64,000 nucleotides of DNA from positions 7,216-71,215 of IMG/VR virus record IMGVR_UViG_3300030117_004164; one strand, 5' to 3'. Positions 26,533 to 36,654 of this stretch are shown here, in pieces. The notes beneath the pieces are model-generated. The model did no database searches and had not been told where the DNA came from. It saw nothing but the letters and a program-made list of their open reading frames with translations. The position numbers and the translations under genes are program-made. This stretch comes from a virus. Positions within the stretch are counted from its first letter, which is position 1. Each line of letters opens with the position of its first letter.

Positions 26533-28056
26533 ATGAGTTGGTTGAATTTTTGTAGAATGAATGAAGCGATTGAACACTTAACGCCTACGGCATCTATTGG
26601 TGTTATTCGTAGGTCTTGGGATGATTTACCAGAAAAAGATTTGGTAGCGTCACTATTGACGTTAGAATACCCTCAAAACAATTTGGGTAAGAAGAAAGCA
26701 ATTAAGTGGATTACTAGTCACTATGATGCGTTTGATGATGAAATTGAACAGTACGCTGATATGTATGGTGATTTAGGAGAAGGTGTTTATTTCTTTGATG
26801 ATGATGGCGAAGATAGTGATTTAACTATTTCTCAAGTGCATAATGTTCTTTTGTTAGATTGTAGCCGTATGGATGGTAATGCTTTCCGTCTTTGGGATTA
26901 TGCTTTCAATAGAATGAGTGCTTTGGAAAAGAAATGGTTTATTCGTTATTGGACAAGAACACTCCGTCACGGTTTCGGCAAAGGGAATTTCTCTAAACTT
27001 TTGGCTAAGATATATGACAAAAAAGATTCTGAAATCAAGAAGTATGCTTCTACTAATTCTTACACTGATATTGTTAAAGCATATGAAGCGGGTGAAGAAC
27101 CTAGCAATAATTTATCTTATGCTACGTTTTTGAAACCTATGTTAGCAAAAGAAGTTGCTCGTAATAAATGGCCTACCGATAAACTTATGGATATTAAGTA
27201 TGATGGTGCTAGATACCAAATTCATCGAAAGCAAGATGAAATTACTATTTTCAACCGTAGTGGTAAAATTGTGACTCAACAGTTTCCTGATGTTGTTGAA
27301 ATGTTCTTGGATGAATGTAACATAAAGGACTTTATCATTGATACTGAAATATATCCTGTTTTAACAAATGGGCGACCTGCTGAATTCAAGAAGATGAACA
27401 CCCGATTTCACAGTAAGAATCATGCTGAAGCCGCTCTAAAATGCCCTGTAACGGTCGCCGTGTTTGACGCTTTGATGGTTGAGGGCGTGAGCCTCATTGA
27501 TGAGTCTTTGCGCGTCAGAATGGCCTCCGTAGAGCGATTTCCATATCAGGCTTTAAGAGCAAAAGAAGGTAAAAACAGTATTGAATTTTACAATGAAGCA
27601 ATTGCAGGAGGATTCGAGGGTATCATGGTAAAAGACCTAAATGGTAAATATGAGTCAGGAAAGCGCAAATGGTTCAAGTATAAGCCACCACAAATTAATC
27701 TTGATTTAGTGGTAACAGGTGCTAGATATGGAGATGGTAAACGAGCAAATGTATTTGCTTCGTTTGATATTGCAGTATCAAATGGTAATGAATTTATTAA
27801 TGTAGGTGCGACGGGAACAGGATTTACTGATATGGATTTTATCAATATGACTCAACAACTAAAACCGTTAGTTACTGATTATGAAAATGGAACGCATAGT
27901 GTATTACCAAGAATTGTATTGGAAATTAAAGCAGATATGATTACAACAAATGAACAAGGTGGTTACGGCCTAAGATTCCCACGATTGGTTAGAATTAGGG
28001 ATGATAAACCTGTAAGTGATATTAATACGATTGATGATTTAAAGGAGATGATGTAG
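26533..28056 (+). CDS. lig: ATP-dependent DNA ligase
   Basis: KYDG adenylation motif, EGIMVK, WFKYK, LRFPR..R.DK. Confidence 0.93.
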   Translation: MSWLNFCRMNEAIEHLTPTASIGVIRRSWDDLPEKDLVASLLTLEYPQNNLGKKKAIKWITSHYDAFDDEIEQYADMYGDLGEGVYFFDDDGEDSDLTISQVHNVLLLDCSRMDGNAFRLWDYAFNRMSALEKKWFIRYWTRTLRHGFGKGNFSKLLAKIYDKKDSEIKKYASTNSYTDIVKAYEAGEEPSNNLSYATFLKPMLAKEVARNKWPTDKLMDIKYDGARYQIHRKQDEITIFNRSGKIVTQQFPDVVEMFLDECNIKDFIIDTEIYPVLTNGRPAEFKKMNTRFHSKNHAEAALKCPVTVAVFDALMVEGVSLIDESLRVRMASVERFPYQALRAKEGKNSIEFYNEAIAGGFEGIMVKDLNGKYESGKRKWFKYKPPQINLDLVVTGARYGDGKRANVFASFDIAVSNGNEFINVGATGTGFTDMDFINMTQQLKPLVTDYENGTHSVLPRIVLEIKADMITTNEQGGYGLRFPRLVRIRDDKPVSDINTIDDLKEMM

Positions 28057-28057
28057 A

Positions 28058-28555
28058 ATGAAAAGTCAAAAAGTTGGAGATATTGTACCAATTGGTGCAG
28101 ATATTTATATGATTGAAAAGATTGATAATGGTTGGGTATATATGCGCCAACCAAATGCGCGTGGTAAATCTAAGAAAATGTATTGGCGAGAAGTGCCATA
28201 TTTTGATGAAGGTAAATTAGTTGTACCAACAATGGAGAAGTTGCCAAAGTTTAATTCAAAGATACATTTGGGTTCATTTTTCAAAAAGAACTCAGGTGAA
28301 GAATTTCAAGTATCTAAGGAATTTATCGCATATGCTTATGAGATGATTGATGATTTATTGCATAGAGTATTAGATGATTGTATTGCTAATGCTATTGATA
28401 ATGGCGATAGAAGATTAATGCCAGCACATTTTAGGCCAATTTATTATAACCATAATTATAGGTATTATGAAGAGGACCAAAATGATTACGCTAGAAAGGA
28501 ATCTATATGGCTACAACTTGATGAAGAAAGGAGAGCAAATGAAGATGCACTTTAA
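28058..28555 (+). CDS. Protein with N-terminal beta domain and putative histone fold
   Basis: FFKKNSGEEFQVSKEF...LLHRVLDDCIANAIDNGDRRLMPAH. Confidence 0.55.
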   Translation: MKSQKVGDIVPIGADIYMIEKIDNGWVYMRQPNARGKSKKMYWREVPYFDEGKLVVPTMEKLPKFNSKIHLGSFFKKNSGEEFQVSKEFIAYAYEMIDDLLHRVLDDCIANAIDNGDRRLMPAHFRPIYYNHNYRYYEEDQNDYARKESIWLQLDEERRANEDAL

Positions 28556-28889
28556 TGATGACATTAGAGATTGGTTAGATAGATTTGGGTCAGTTACAAC
28601 ATACACATTTATGGTATATGGCTCGCTATCTATAAAAGATAATGCTATTATCAACAAAGGATTAACTCTAACCTTAGTAGACCAAGGGTGGGATGACATA
28701 AGATTTATGCAAAATGTGTTTGAAATTAATCAAGATGAAGCAGAAAGGTATGACTATAATCGTGGTTGGAATCTTCAATGGGTATTTCCTGGAAATTTTG
28801 AACATGAATTTATTCCTATGTTGATTAGTGATGGATTGGCTCATTTAAGATTAGAACATGAATATGTTGGTATGTTTGGGAGTGTATAA
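28539..28889 (+). CDS. Hypothetical protein
   Basis: ORF track; start uncertain. Confidence 0.55.
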   Translation: MKMHFNDDIRDWLDRFGSVTTYTFMVYGSLSIKDNAIINKGLTLTLVDQGWDDIRFMQNVFEINQDEAERYDYNRGWNLQWVFPGNFEHEFIPMLISDGLAHLRLEHEYVGMFGSV

Positions 28890-28890
28890 T

Positions 28891-29289
28891 ATGATTAGTG
28901 ATGGTATGTTAAAAGGTATATTGTTAAGTGCTGCTAGGCCAGAATTAACTATATATCGAAATGAAAAGAAAAATCTAGGATATGAAGTTAGAACGCGAGT
29001 CTTTTTTAGAGCAGATAATGTAGACTTCTTAACTAACATTTGTGATAAGTTAAACGAGATTGGTATTAATTATACGTTTAGAGACTTTGAAAGTAAGGTT
29101 AGACCAAAGCCTGTATTGTGGGTGTCAGGAATAATTAATTTAATTGCTCTATCGGAACTTGTTCCTGATTTACCTGATGCAAAAAATCTTTGGAAGTCCT
29201 TTAATGAAGCCCTTCATATTATTTATGAGGGCGAACATAATACCCAAGAGGGCTTAGATAAATTACTGAATATTAAAGGGGCCATTTGA
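28891..29289 (+). CDS. LAGLIDADG-fold protein with degenerate motif
   Basis: LKGILLSAA, GYEVR, and C-terminal EHNTQEGLDKLLNIK typical of single-motif LAGLIDADG proteins. Confidence 0.65.
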   Translation: MISDGMLKGILLSAARPELTIYRNEKKNLGYEVRTRVFFRADNVDFLTNICDKLNEIGINYTFRDFESKVRPKPVLWVSGIINLIALSELVPDLPDAKNLWKSFNEALHIIYEGEHNTQEGLDKLLNIKGAI

Positions 29290-30128
29290 TGTTAATGAAC
29301 AGTGTAACAAAACAACCACAATTATTAATTGGTAAAAGTATGACAGGTAAAACTACTAGGGCAATTAATGAATTAGGAGGCAATCCTATTATTCTGTACG
29401 CCAATGAAATACCAACAGATATTTATTCATTACCTAAAGAAAATGGTTTGTTGATTGAAGATGTTCACCATAAAGCAAATGTGAATGCTATATTAGAAAT
29501 AATTAGAACCTATCAGGGTGATATTTTCATTACTTCTCTAAATCAAAAAGATGTGCCTAAGAAGATTAAAGATAGGTGCAAAATGAGAAGACAAACAGGA
29601 AATATTGGAAGAGAAGAGATATTAAAAATTGCTCCTAATTCTGATAAACCTGATGATGTTCACAAAGATATGTACACTATGATGCGAAATTTTGTGAATA
29701 ATAAAGATAGAGACTATGTTGCCGAGATGTTTAAAATCAATAAGCCACCAATTACCCAACTAATGCATTGGTTAAATGTGAATATAAATGTTAACAAGTT
29801 AGCATTTATTGATGGTCATATTAAATGGAGATGGCCTTCACAATATTTGTATGAGTTGGTTGCTTATTGTGATAAGGGTAAAGGTTATTCAGTTAACTCC
29901 CCGAAAAGAGGGAAGTACACAGATATGATTAAGATTTGTAGAAAATTAAAACTAAAAGATAAAGAATTGTATTTGCTAGAGGATTTATTAGAAGATGCTG
30001 AATTTAGAGAATTTGCTAAGAGTAAACTGAGTCACCAACATTGGAGAATGTTAGGGTATGGTGAAAAGAAAATGAGAACAAATAAAACATATACAAATAA
30101 TTATACAAAAACTTTGGAGGATTACTAA
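29286..30128 (+). CDS. Divergent clamp-loader (RFC large subunit-like) protein
   Basis: LLIGKSMTGKT, LLIEDV; C-terminal PIP-like TKTLEDY; near RFC small subunit. Confidence 0.55.
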   Translation: MMLMNSVTKQPQLLIGKSMTGKTTRAINELGGNPIILYANEIPTDIYSLPKENGLLIEDVHHKANVNAILEIIRTYQGDIFITSLNQKDVPKKIKDRCKMRRQTGNIGREEILKIAPNSDKPDDVHKDMYTMMRNFVNNKDRDYVAEMFKINKPPITQLMHWLNVNINVNKLAFIDGHIKWRWPSQYLYELVAYCDKGKGYSVNSPKRGKYTDMIKICRKLKLKDKELYLLEDLLEDAEFREFAKSKLSHQHWRMLGYGEKKMRTNKTYTNNYTKTLEDY

Positions 30129-30412
30129 TGGTTAGTAGAAAAGGTAGAACAAATGGTTTACAAGATGGAATGAAATTACCTGATGGTATTACGTCTAGTA
30201 GGCCATCAACACTATGGAAAGTAATTAAAGTCATAAAAGATGACGGAGTAGGCACTAAAGCAGAAATTACAGAAAGAATGAGAGCGAAATGGAAAAATTT
30301 TCCTACACTAACTTCATTGGCTATGATGTTGCATCATAGACCTGATGTTTTTGTTAAAGTGGATAATGATAGATGGGATTTAAAGGAGGAAATTAGAAAT
30401 GCTATGGACTGA
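30128..30412 (+). CDS. Winged-helix protein
   Basis: TKAEITERM...PTLTSLAMML...FVKVDNDRWDL. Confidence 0.55.
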   Translation: MVSRKGRTNGLQDGMKLPDGITSSRPSTLWKVIKVIKDDGVGTKAEITERMRAKWKNFPTLTSLAMMLHHRPDVFVKVDNDRWDLKEEIRNAMD

Positions 30413-31304
30413 AAAATATAGACCCGAAACTGTACAGCAAGTAATGGGAAATGAATCTTTTGTAGAAGATGCGAAAAGTTGGATTATCAATAATGATATT
30501 CCTAATTTGCTTCTTTATGGCCCCGCAGGTACAGGAAAAACAAGTGCCGGTATTGCCTTAGCAAAAGATATACTTAAGGAAGATTTTAAAACAAATTTTC
30601 TAGAACTTAATGCTAGTGATGATAGAAAGTTAGAAGCGGTAAGAACCAAGATTAAAGAGTTTGCATCAACCGGAACAATGGGCAAAGTCCCGTTTAAGAT
30701 TGTGCTATTAGATGAAATGGAAGGTATGATTCTTGATGCCCAAAATGCACTTAAACGAGTGATGGAAAGGTATCATAGTAATGTAAGGTTTATTATTACT
30801 TGTAATGATAGAAACAAAATTATATACCCTCTTCAATCTAGATGTGCAAACTATTTCTTTAAGTTATTGCACCCATCTACCATTGAGTTTACATTAGAGC
30901 GAATATTAACTAACGAAGGAATTAGTATAGAAAATCCTAATGAACTTAGTAATTTTGCTATTAAACATAATGGGGATTTAAGGGCGGCTATTGGGCAACT
31001 TCAGGCAATTACGGCAGGAGGGAAGCCATTAAATAGTCTGCATGAGAAGAAGGAGGCTGGATATAGGAACCTATTGGAAATGCTCATTTCCAGAGATTCC
31101 AAGGCTTTAGATAAAACACATGAATTATTATTTAGTGGTTTATCTGTTAAAGATATATGTCATGGTTTACATGATGTATTGATTGACGGTAAGTATGAAA
31201 GTGAAGTAAAATATAAATTCTTACGAATTATAGGAGAAACAGAATATAGAAGTAATACTATGACGCCAAGAATCGTAGCGTCATGGATGATTGCCCAAAT
31301 TTGA
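30399..31304 (+). CDS. rfcS: Replication factor C small subunit
   Basis: WTEKYRP, GPAGTGKT, ELNASD, LDE, AQNAL, SRC, GDLR. Confidence 0.93.
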   Translation: MLWTEKYRPETVQQVMGNESFVEDAKSWIINNDIPNLLLYGPAGTGKTSAGIALAKDILKEDFKTNFLELNASDDRKLEAVRTKIKEFASTGTMGKVPFKIVLLDEMEGMILDAQNALKRVMERYHSNVRFIITCNDRNKIIYPLQSRCANYFFKLLHPSTIEFTLERILTNEGISIENPNELSNFAIKHNGDLRAAIGQLQAITAGGKPLNSLHEKKEAGYRNLLEMLISRDSKALDKTHELLFSGLSVKDICHGLHDVLIDGKYESEVKYKFLRIIGETEYRSNTMTPRIVASWMIAQI

Positions 31305-31315
31305 GGTGAAGAAAA

Positions 31316-32527
31316 ATGAATGATGAACAAGTGAAAAATGAACTGAACAAAGCAGCAGTTGGTCTAAATATGGACTTATCTGCAATCGAACAAAAATTTA
31401 ACGAAATTCGTGAACAACACAATTTTGGACCAGAACAAAATGTAATTGCGATGCAACTATTTAGACAGTGGCATTCTCAAATGCGAAATAGTTCTGGAAC
31501 AGAAAATGTTGAGCGAAAGTCGTCAGGCACAGATAATCACACAGTATTTGGTTATGTTGTAGCAGTAGACGAATTGCGAGATTTTGAAGAGTATAATCGC
31601 AATCAACTTACGGCAGAAATTATTAGAGATTCTAATTCTGCCTTTAATGCTGGTAAGTTTGCGCGAGTACGCAAAACTGAAACAGGTTATGAAGTTAGTC
31701 AAGTTATGAATAATGAAGTTTTGACACGACCTCTTCAAAACACAGAATTGCCAGAATCAACAATGGAAGTAAATGGTGAACTAATTGTTCCTATTGATGA
31801 GCGAAAGCAAACTCCTTGGGGTGAAAATAAACAATATGGTCATCCTAAGCCAAAGCATAATTTCCGACGAACCGCTCATTTTATTGGCGCATTAGAAGGA
31901 AAAGATGTAAAGTATTACCAAATTGGTTTGAAGGGAGAAGTTGCTCAAAATTGGAATGTTGATGTTTGCCGAGCAGTTTACATTGATGTGTATGCTACTG
32001 AATCCCATTTGGATTCAAATAATCTATACAACCCCGATTTGTCAACTATTACATATAACGATGAATTGGAAAACCCAAAGAACGTAAGTGCAGATATTCA
32101 AACAATGATTGCTGAAAATATGCGAGGATTTGTTTGTCCACTAGTCAATTTGGAAAACTACCACATGAATACAAAGGGACGTTCTGCGAAAGAGCGAATT
32201 GTTGTTACTGATGGTCTAGTTACTAATATGTATATGAACCCTAATTCAAATGGAAATCGTACATTGTATATTTCTGATATGAATGCAGAGTATGATTATG
32301 ATGACCCAATGGGTGCAACACCATGTTGGGTTCCTGAACACGTTGAATTAGATTTTGGTATTGGTAGTCAAATTTTGGTTATTGGTCGAACAAATCAAAG
32401 TACCAATCAGGAAACAGGAGAATTGCGACCATGCAGTATTAATGTATTTGGCGTAATTGTATTGAATCGACACGGTTCACCGAATACAACTCCTGATAGT
32501 GGGGAAACCTACACAGGTTGGTTCTGA
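31316..32527 (+). CDS. Probable OB-fold ssDNA-binding (RPA-like) protein
   Basis: Replisome context, beta-rich C-terminal pattern (GLVT...RTLYISD...FGIGSQILVIGR); inference. Confidence 0.5.
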   Translation: MNDEQVKNELNKAAVGLNMDLSAIEQKFNEIREQHNFGPEQNVIAMQLFRQWHSQMRNSSGTENVERKSSGTDNHTVFGYVVAVDELRDFEEYNRNQLTAEIIRDSNSAFNAGKFARVRKTETGYEVSQVMNNEVLTRPLQNTELPESTMEVNGELIVPIDERKQTPWGENKQYGHPKPKHNFRRTAHFIGALEGKDVKYYQIGLKGEVAQNWNVDVCRAVYIDVYATESHLDSNNLYNPDLSTITYNDELENPKNVSADIQTMIAENMRGFVCPLVNLENYHMNTKGRSAKERIVVTDGLVTNMYMNPNSNGNRTLYISDMNAEYDYDDPMGATPCWVPEHVELDFGIGSQILVIGRTNQSTNQETGELRPCSINVFGVIVLNRHGSPNTTPDSGETYTGWF

Positions 32528-32596
32528 AATTAATTCAGAATTGTTGTGTAAGCGTTGGCGCAAAAATGACGCTCAGTGGGGTGCAAAGCCCCATAG

Positions 32597-32815
32597 GTGA
32601 TTTTAATGGGATTTATTAAAGTGCATAGAGCAATTATAGAGGAATCTGAAATAGAAGCAGTAGAATGGAATTCGGTATCAAATGAACTTCCTGATGATTC
32701 AGGTAAAGAATTATACCAAATTCAATTCCACATGAAAAGTGGTAAGAAATTTACGCGGCGAGTTTATGAGTCGCAATTACAAGATATATTAGAACATTTG
32801 GAGATGAGAGAATGA
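32597..32815 (+). CDS. Hypothetical protein
   Basis: ORF track. Confidence 0.55.
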   Translation: MILMGFIKVHRAIIEESEIEAVEWNSVSNELPDDSGKELYQIQFHMKSGKKFTRRVYESQLQDILEHLEMRE

Positions 32816-33654
32816 GTTGGGCAACAGCAACAACGACACAAGCGGTGTCAAAAGAAAATCTATTAGAAATAATTAAAGCAGAAGTAAGCGAAGAACTAGA
32901 GGCTTTACTTCAAAGACAGAGAGCGCATCTTTGTACTTTAATTTATGGAGATGCTAAAACAGGTAAGTCTGGTTTGGCATTAGATTGTAGAACGGCAAAA
33001 GAATTAGATGAAGATGCTATCATTATGGTATTGGATTTCGATAATGGGTGTGAACCTACTTGGAGAACAAATTGGAATTCTGACCCTAATATCAAAATTC
33101 TAAATCCTATCGTTAGAGATGAAGAAGGATTTCCTGATTTGGATAGAACCGTTAGACGAGCAGAAGCATTTATTGTTATTGCTAAAGATTACATGGAAGA
33201 AGGAAAAACTGTAAAGTTTGTATTTGATGGTTGCGACCGATGGTTGCGACTTTGTTGGTATGCTATGGGAATTGATAAGCGTTCAACAGAAGTTAAACAA
33301 ATGCCAATGAAGTGGGGCAAGCGAAATACTGAATATGAAAACTTAATTGAAAAAATTACTGATGGATTAGAATGTGATAGATTTTTCATTACACATATGA
33401 AAGATGAATATGCACACAATAATCCTAACCCAATTGGTAGAGTAGTAAATATTAAGGAATCTACTATGGATAAAATGAATCAAGTGATTGAAGTCAAGAC
33501 TAATAAGTTAGGGACAAAACAAACATCTACTGCAACAGTTGTAGCAAGTAAAACTAATACTGAATTAGTTGGAAAGTCCTTTGACTTTTTAACTATTGAT
33601 GATGGAGAAGTTACTTGGAATTCGATTGAACAGTTGCAGACAGGTGAACTATAA
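32812..33654 (+). CDS. RecA-fold/AAA_24 (Sak4-like) ATPase
   Basis: YGDAKTGKS Walker A, LDFDNG, FVFDG, FITH. Confidence 0.7.
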   Translation: MSWATATTTQAVSKENLLEIIKAEVSEELEALLQRQRAHLCTLIYGDAKTGKSGLALDCRTAKELDEDAIIMVLDFDNGCEPTWRTNWNSDPNIKILNPIVRDEEGFPDLDRTVRRAEAFIVIAKDYMEEGKTVKFVFDGCDRWLRLCWYAMGIDKRSTEVKQMPMKWGKRNTEYENLIEKITDGLECDRFFITHMKDEYAHNNPNPIGRVVNIKESTMDKMNQVIEVKTNKLGTKQTSTATVVASKTNTELVGKSFDFLTIDDGEVTWNSIEQLQTGEL

Positions 33655-34421
33655 TGGAAATGACTTTAGACAAAAGCGTATTTACTACGGCTCTCAATGC
33701 AGTAGAAATGAAAGGAAAATGGTTTTCTTCAACAGGGCTAACAAGTGATAAACTCAGTGAGTTTGTAAAAATTGTATGGAAAAGAGATGAACCTAAACGC
33801 GGTTATCATTTTATCAATGCTAACAATCAAACGTTTGTGGATTATTGGATTCCTGCTGATGTAACTATTGAACATTCAGCAGTATTGGAAATTAGCAAGG
33901 CTAGAAATTATTTGACAAATATGCCAAGTGGGGATATAACGCTTAGTGTTGGACAATGTGCATTATTTTCTTGTGATAATATTAACGCACAATTTCCTAC
34001 ACATTATAACCACCCAAACGATGCGGCTTGTGATAGTTTTTTTGTGGCATCGCAAAATGTTTCAGTTGGGGGAGAAGGTATAGAATGGGGAGAATATCCA
34101 ATTACTTCAGGATTTTCTATCTTAGCAGAAGATTTCTCTAAAATTCTAAAGTCTTGTGAAAGTGTTGGGCATGGAATATACAAGTTAGAATTATGTAACG
34201 AGTCTGTTACTATTTCTTCTGTAAGTAGCCCTAGAGAATCTTATAGGGAAAATGTCGTTCCTCTACTTGCTTGGGGAGAAGATGCAACAGTTGAATATAC
34301 TTCTCCTGTGCATAAGATTTTTCCAAATGGTTTTCTACAATGTCACTTTAATGACGATTCTTTGTTAGTTTTACAGAATCAAAATTTGTTAGTGGCTCGC
34401 GCACCTTATGTGGTGGTATGA
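33654..34421 (+). CDS. pcn: Sliding clamp (PCNA-like)
   Basis: 255 aa with two-domain alpha/beta periodicity, ends LLVARAP; between clamp loader and PolB. Confidence 0.6.
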   Translation: MEMTLDKSVFTTALNAVEMKGKWFSSTGLTSDKLSEFVKIVWKRDEPKRGYHFINANNQTFVDYWIPADVTIEHSAVLEISKARNYLTNMPSGDITLSVGQCALFSCDNINAQFPTHYNHPNDAACDSFFVASQNVSVGGEGIEWGEYPITSGFSILAEDFSKILKSCESVGHGIYKLELCNESVTISSVSSPRESYRENVVPLLAWGEDATVEYTSPVHKIFPNGFLQCHFNDDSLLVLQNQNLLVARAPYVVV

Positions 34422-34723
34422 TGGGAAAAGTAAAAGAAGTCTATATGATGTATTATCAAGGTAATATGTCAATAGATAAAATAGCAAAAGTGTTAAATAT
34501 CGAGAAACAATCGGTTGCTAACTTAGTACATAGTATTTATTTTGGAGATGAAGAAGAATGAGATATGGTAGAATTGTAACATTTAAAATTGAATCAAATA
34601 ATCTGGGAGATTTAAAGGCTTTTATTTCAGGCCTAAAAGGATTTGCAGATGGTAATGCGATTGTAAGTAGAACTAATATTGCATATGTAACTGAAGAACC
34701 TTGTGTTGAAAGGAGAGATTGAA

Positions 34724-36391
34724 ATGATTATTAGTTATACGGATGATGGAAATATTCATGTTAGGTATAGAGAATCGAATAACTTGAGAGTAGAAAGAGT
34801 GTATAATGATTTTAAACCTTATTTTTTCATTGATGAGAAGGCTAGGGAAATTGATTTCTATAAAATTAATATGAAAGTTAATGGTGAAAATGTATCACTA
34901 GAATTACCCTATGCTTATGAACATGGTGATTGGAAAAACCTTCTAGGAAAACCTTTGAAGAAAGTAATTGTTCAGAAACATTCTGATATTAGAACCGCCA
35001 AGAAATCATGGAATAGAACATATGAAGCAGATGTACCTTTTCATTATAGATATTGTGTTGACAAACTAGAAAAATTACATGAATATGATTTACGTAAATG
35101 GTATTGGGATATGGAATGGCTTAATGGCGACCCTGATGAGGGAGATGCGATTACTGCTATTGTAGTATATGATAACTATGATGATAAGTACACCGTTTAT
35201 ACTTGGAACCCTTATCTTAATGAAGATAAATTTCCTGAATATAATAACAATAGTGTAATTTTTACTTTTCATTCTGAATTTGAAATGCTTAGGGGATTTA
35301 TGAGAAAGATTCAGGATTGTGACCCTGATATGCTCATATCATGGTTCGGTTCAAAATTCGATTTGCCTAAGTTAATTCATAGGCTTCATTATAGAGGCAT
35401 TGACCCAAGAGGACTTTCACCATATAATGAAGTAAAGGGTGTATATGCTAACAAGATAACTGATGCAGTTGATAATTATTCTCCGGTAGCACAACCTATA
35501 CGGGGGCGTATTACCTTGAATTTAGACTTAGCATTTGAGCGTCAATGGAATGATTCTCAACGTGGGACTCTACCTTCATTAGCACTTGATTATGCGGCAG
35601 AGGTAGTATTGGGTGCAAAGAAACTAGTATCAGAAAAATTTCCAGATAAGAATGAATTCTTTAGAAGGGGTTGGTTAGAAGATACTGAAAGGTATTTAGA
35701 ATATGCTAGAGTAGACGTAGAATTACTTCATCGTATAGATGATGAGATGGGACTATCTGAAGGTATTTTATCACTACAAAGGTTACTAGTTGCACCTTTT
35801 GATGCTTGTTTTTATGCCTCTAACATGGGGAGTATATACTTTATGCGTAATGCTTGGTGGAAGGCCCCAACAGGTGATAAATCAAAAGATAGAGAAGATT
35901 ATGATGGTGCATTGATTTACGACCCATTGAGTGAAGAAACAAATGGATTACATATAGGGGTGGCCGCTTTTGATTATGCCGGACTATACCCATCAATGAT
36001 GTTAGCCCGTAACATTTCATGGGAAACATTGACCCATTCAAAGACAGAATTTGCTGTAAATTTGAAAACTCCGCGTGACTTTTCTCCTGTTGTAGATAAG
36101 GATATGGTGTATTTCAAAACAGATAAACTAGGACTATTACCACAATCCGTCTTAGAGTTGAAAACATTAAGAGATGAATACAAACGCCGAAGAAATGAGG
36201 CAGAGGATAAAAGAGAATATACTAAGTGGGAAAATAGTCAAATGGCTGTAAAAAGATTAATGGCTTCATTTTATGGAATTATTGCGTATCAAGGTTTTGG
36301 TTGGGCTAATGTAACTTTAGCGGCGGCTATTACTGCAAGCGCAAGAGAAGCGATTAGAGAAGCCGCATTTAAAGTGAGGGAGTTAGAATGA
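34724..36391 (+). CDS. polB: Family B DNA polymerase, N-terminal part (3'-5' exonuclease and motifs A, B)
   Basis: WDME, FDLP, YARVD, FDYAGLYPS, KRLMASFYG. Confidence 0.92.
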   Translation: MIISYTDDGNIHVRYRESNNLRVERVYNDFKPYFFIDEKAREIDFYKINMKVNGENVSLELPYAYEHGDWKNLLGKPLKKVIVQKHSDIRTAKKSWNRTYEADVPFHYRYCVDKLEKLHEYDLRKWYWDMEWLNGDPDEGDAITAIVVYDNYDDKYTVYTWNPYLNEDKFPEYNNNSVIFTFHSEFEMLRGFMRKIQDCDPDMLISWFGSKFDLPKLIHRLHYRGIDPRGLSPYNEVKGVYANKITDAVDNYSPVAQPIRGRITLNLDLAFERQWNDSQRGTLPSLALDYAAEVVLGAKKLVSEKFPDKNEFFRRGWLEDTERYLEYARVDVELLHRIDDEMGLSEGILSLQRLLVAPFDACFYASNMGSIYFMRNAWWKAPTGDKSKDREDYDGALIYDPLSEETNGLHIGVAAFDYAGLYPSMMLARNISWETLTHSKTEFAVNLKTPRDFSPVVDKDMVYFKTDKLGLLPQSVLELKTLRDEYKRRRNEAEDKREYTKWENSQMAVKRLMASFYGIIAYQGFGWANVTLAAAITASAREAIREAAFKVRELE

Positions 36392-36654
36392 AAAGGAATT
36401 ATTATTCAAGACACAAACTAGTAAAACAAAGGTTAGATAAAGAAGCCTTTGAGATGAAAGAGTTTTATGCTTCAGAAATGTTGGATAGATTAAACTCTTA
36501 CAAAGATGGTAATGGTAGAAACAATACAACTAGGTTTGCTATTGGTCTAAGAAGGTTACTGAACTTCTTAAAACAGAACCCGAGAATAGAATATATACCA
36601 AATAGTTCTAGTAAGAAAGCAGGTAGATGGAGATGGATTGGTGATAAAGAATGA
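36388..36654 (+). CDS. Small basic (wHTH-like) protein inserted between PolB halves
   Basis: ATGA coupling on both sides. Confidence 0.6.
   Translation: MKRNYYSRHKLVKQRLDKEAFEMKEFYASEMLDRLNSYKDGNGRNNTTRFAIGLRRLLNFLKQNPRIEYIPNSSSKKAGRWRWIGDKE

Noticed and set aside
32570-32596. c-di-GMP-I riboswitch resemblance (GTGGGGTGCAAAGCC)
   Set aside because: Lacks the upstream GGCAAA/GNRA P2 arm and the P3 arm; explained by a simple hairpin
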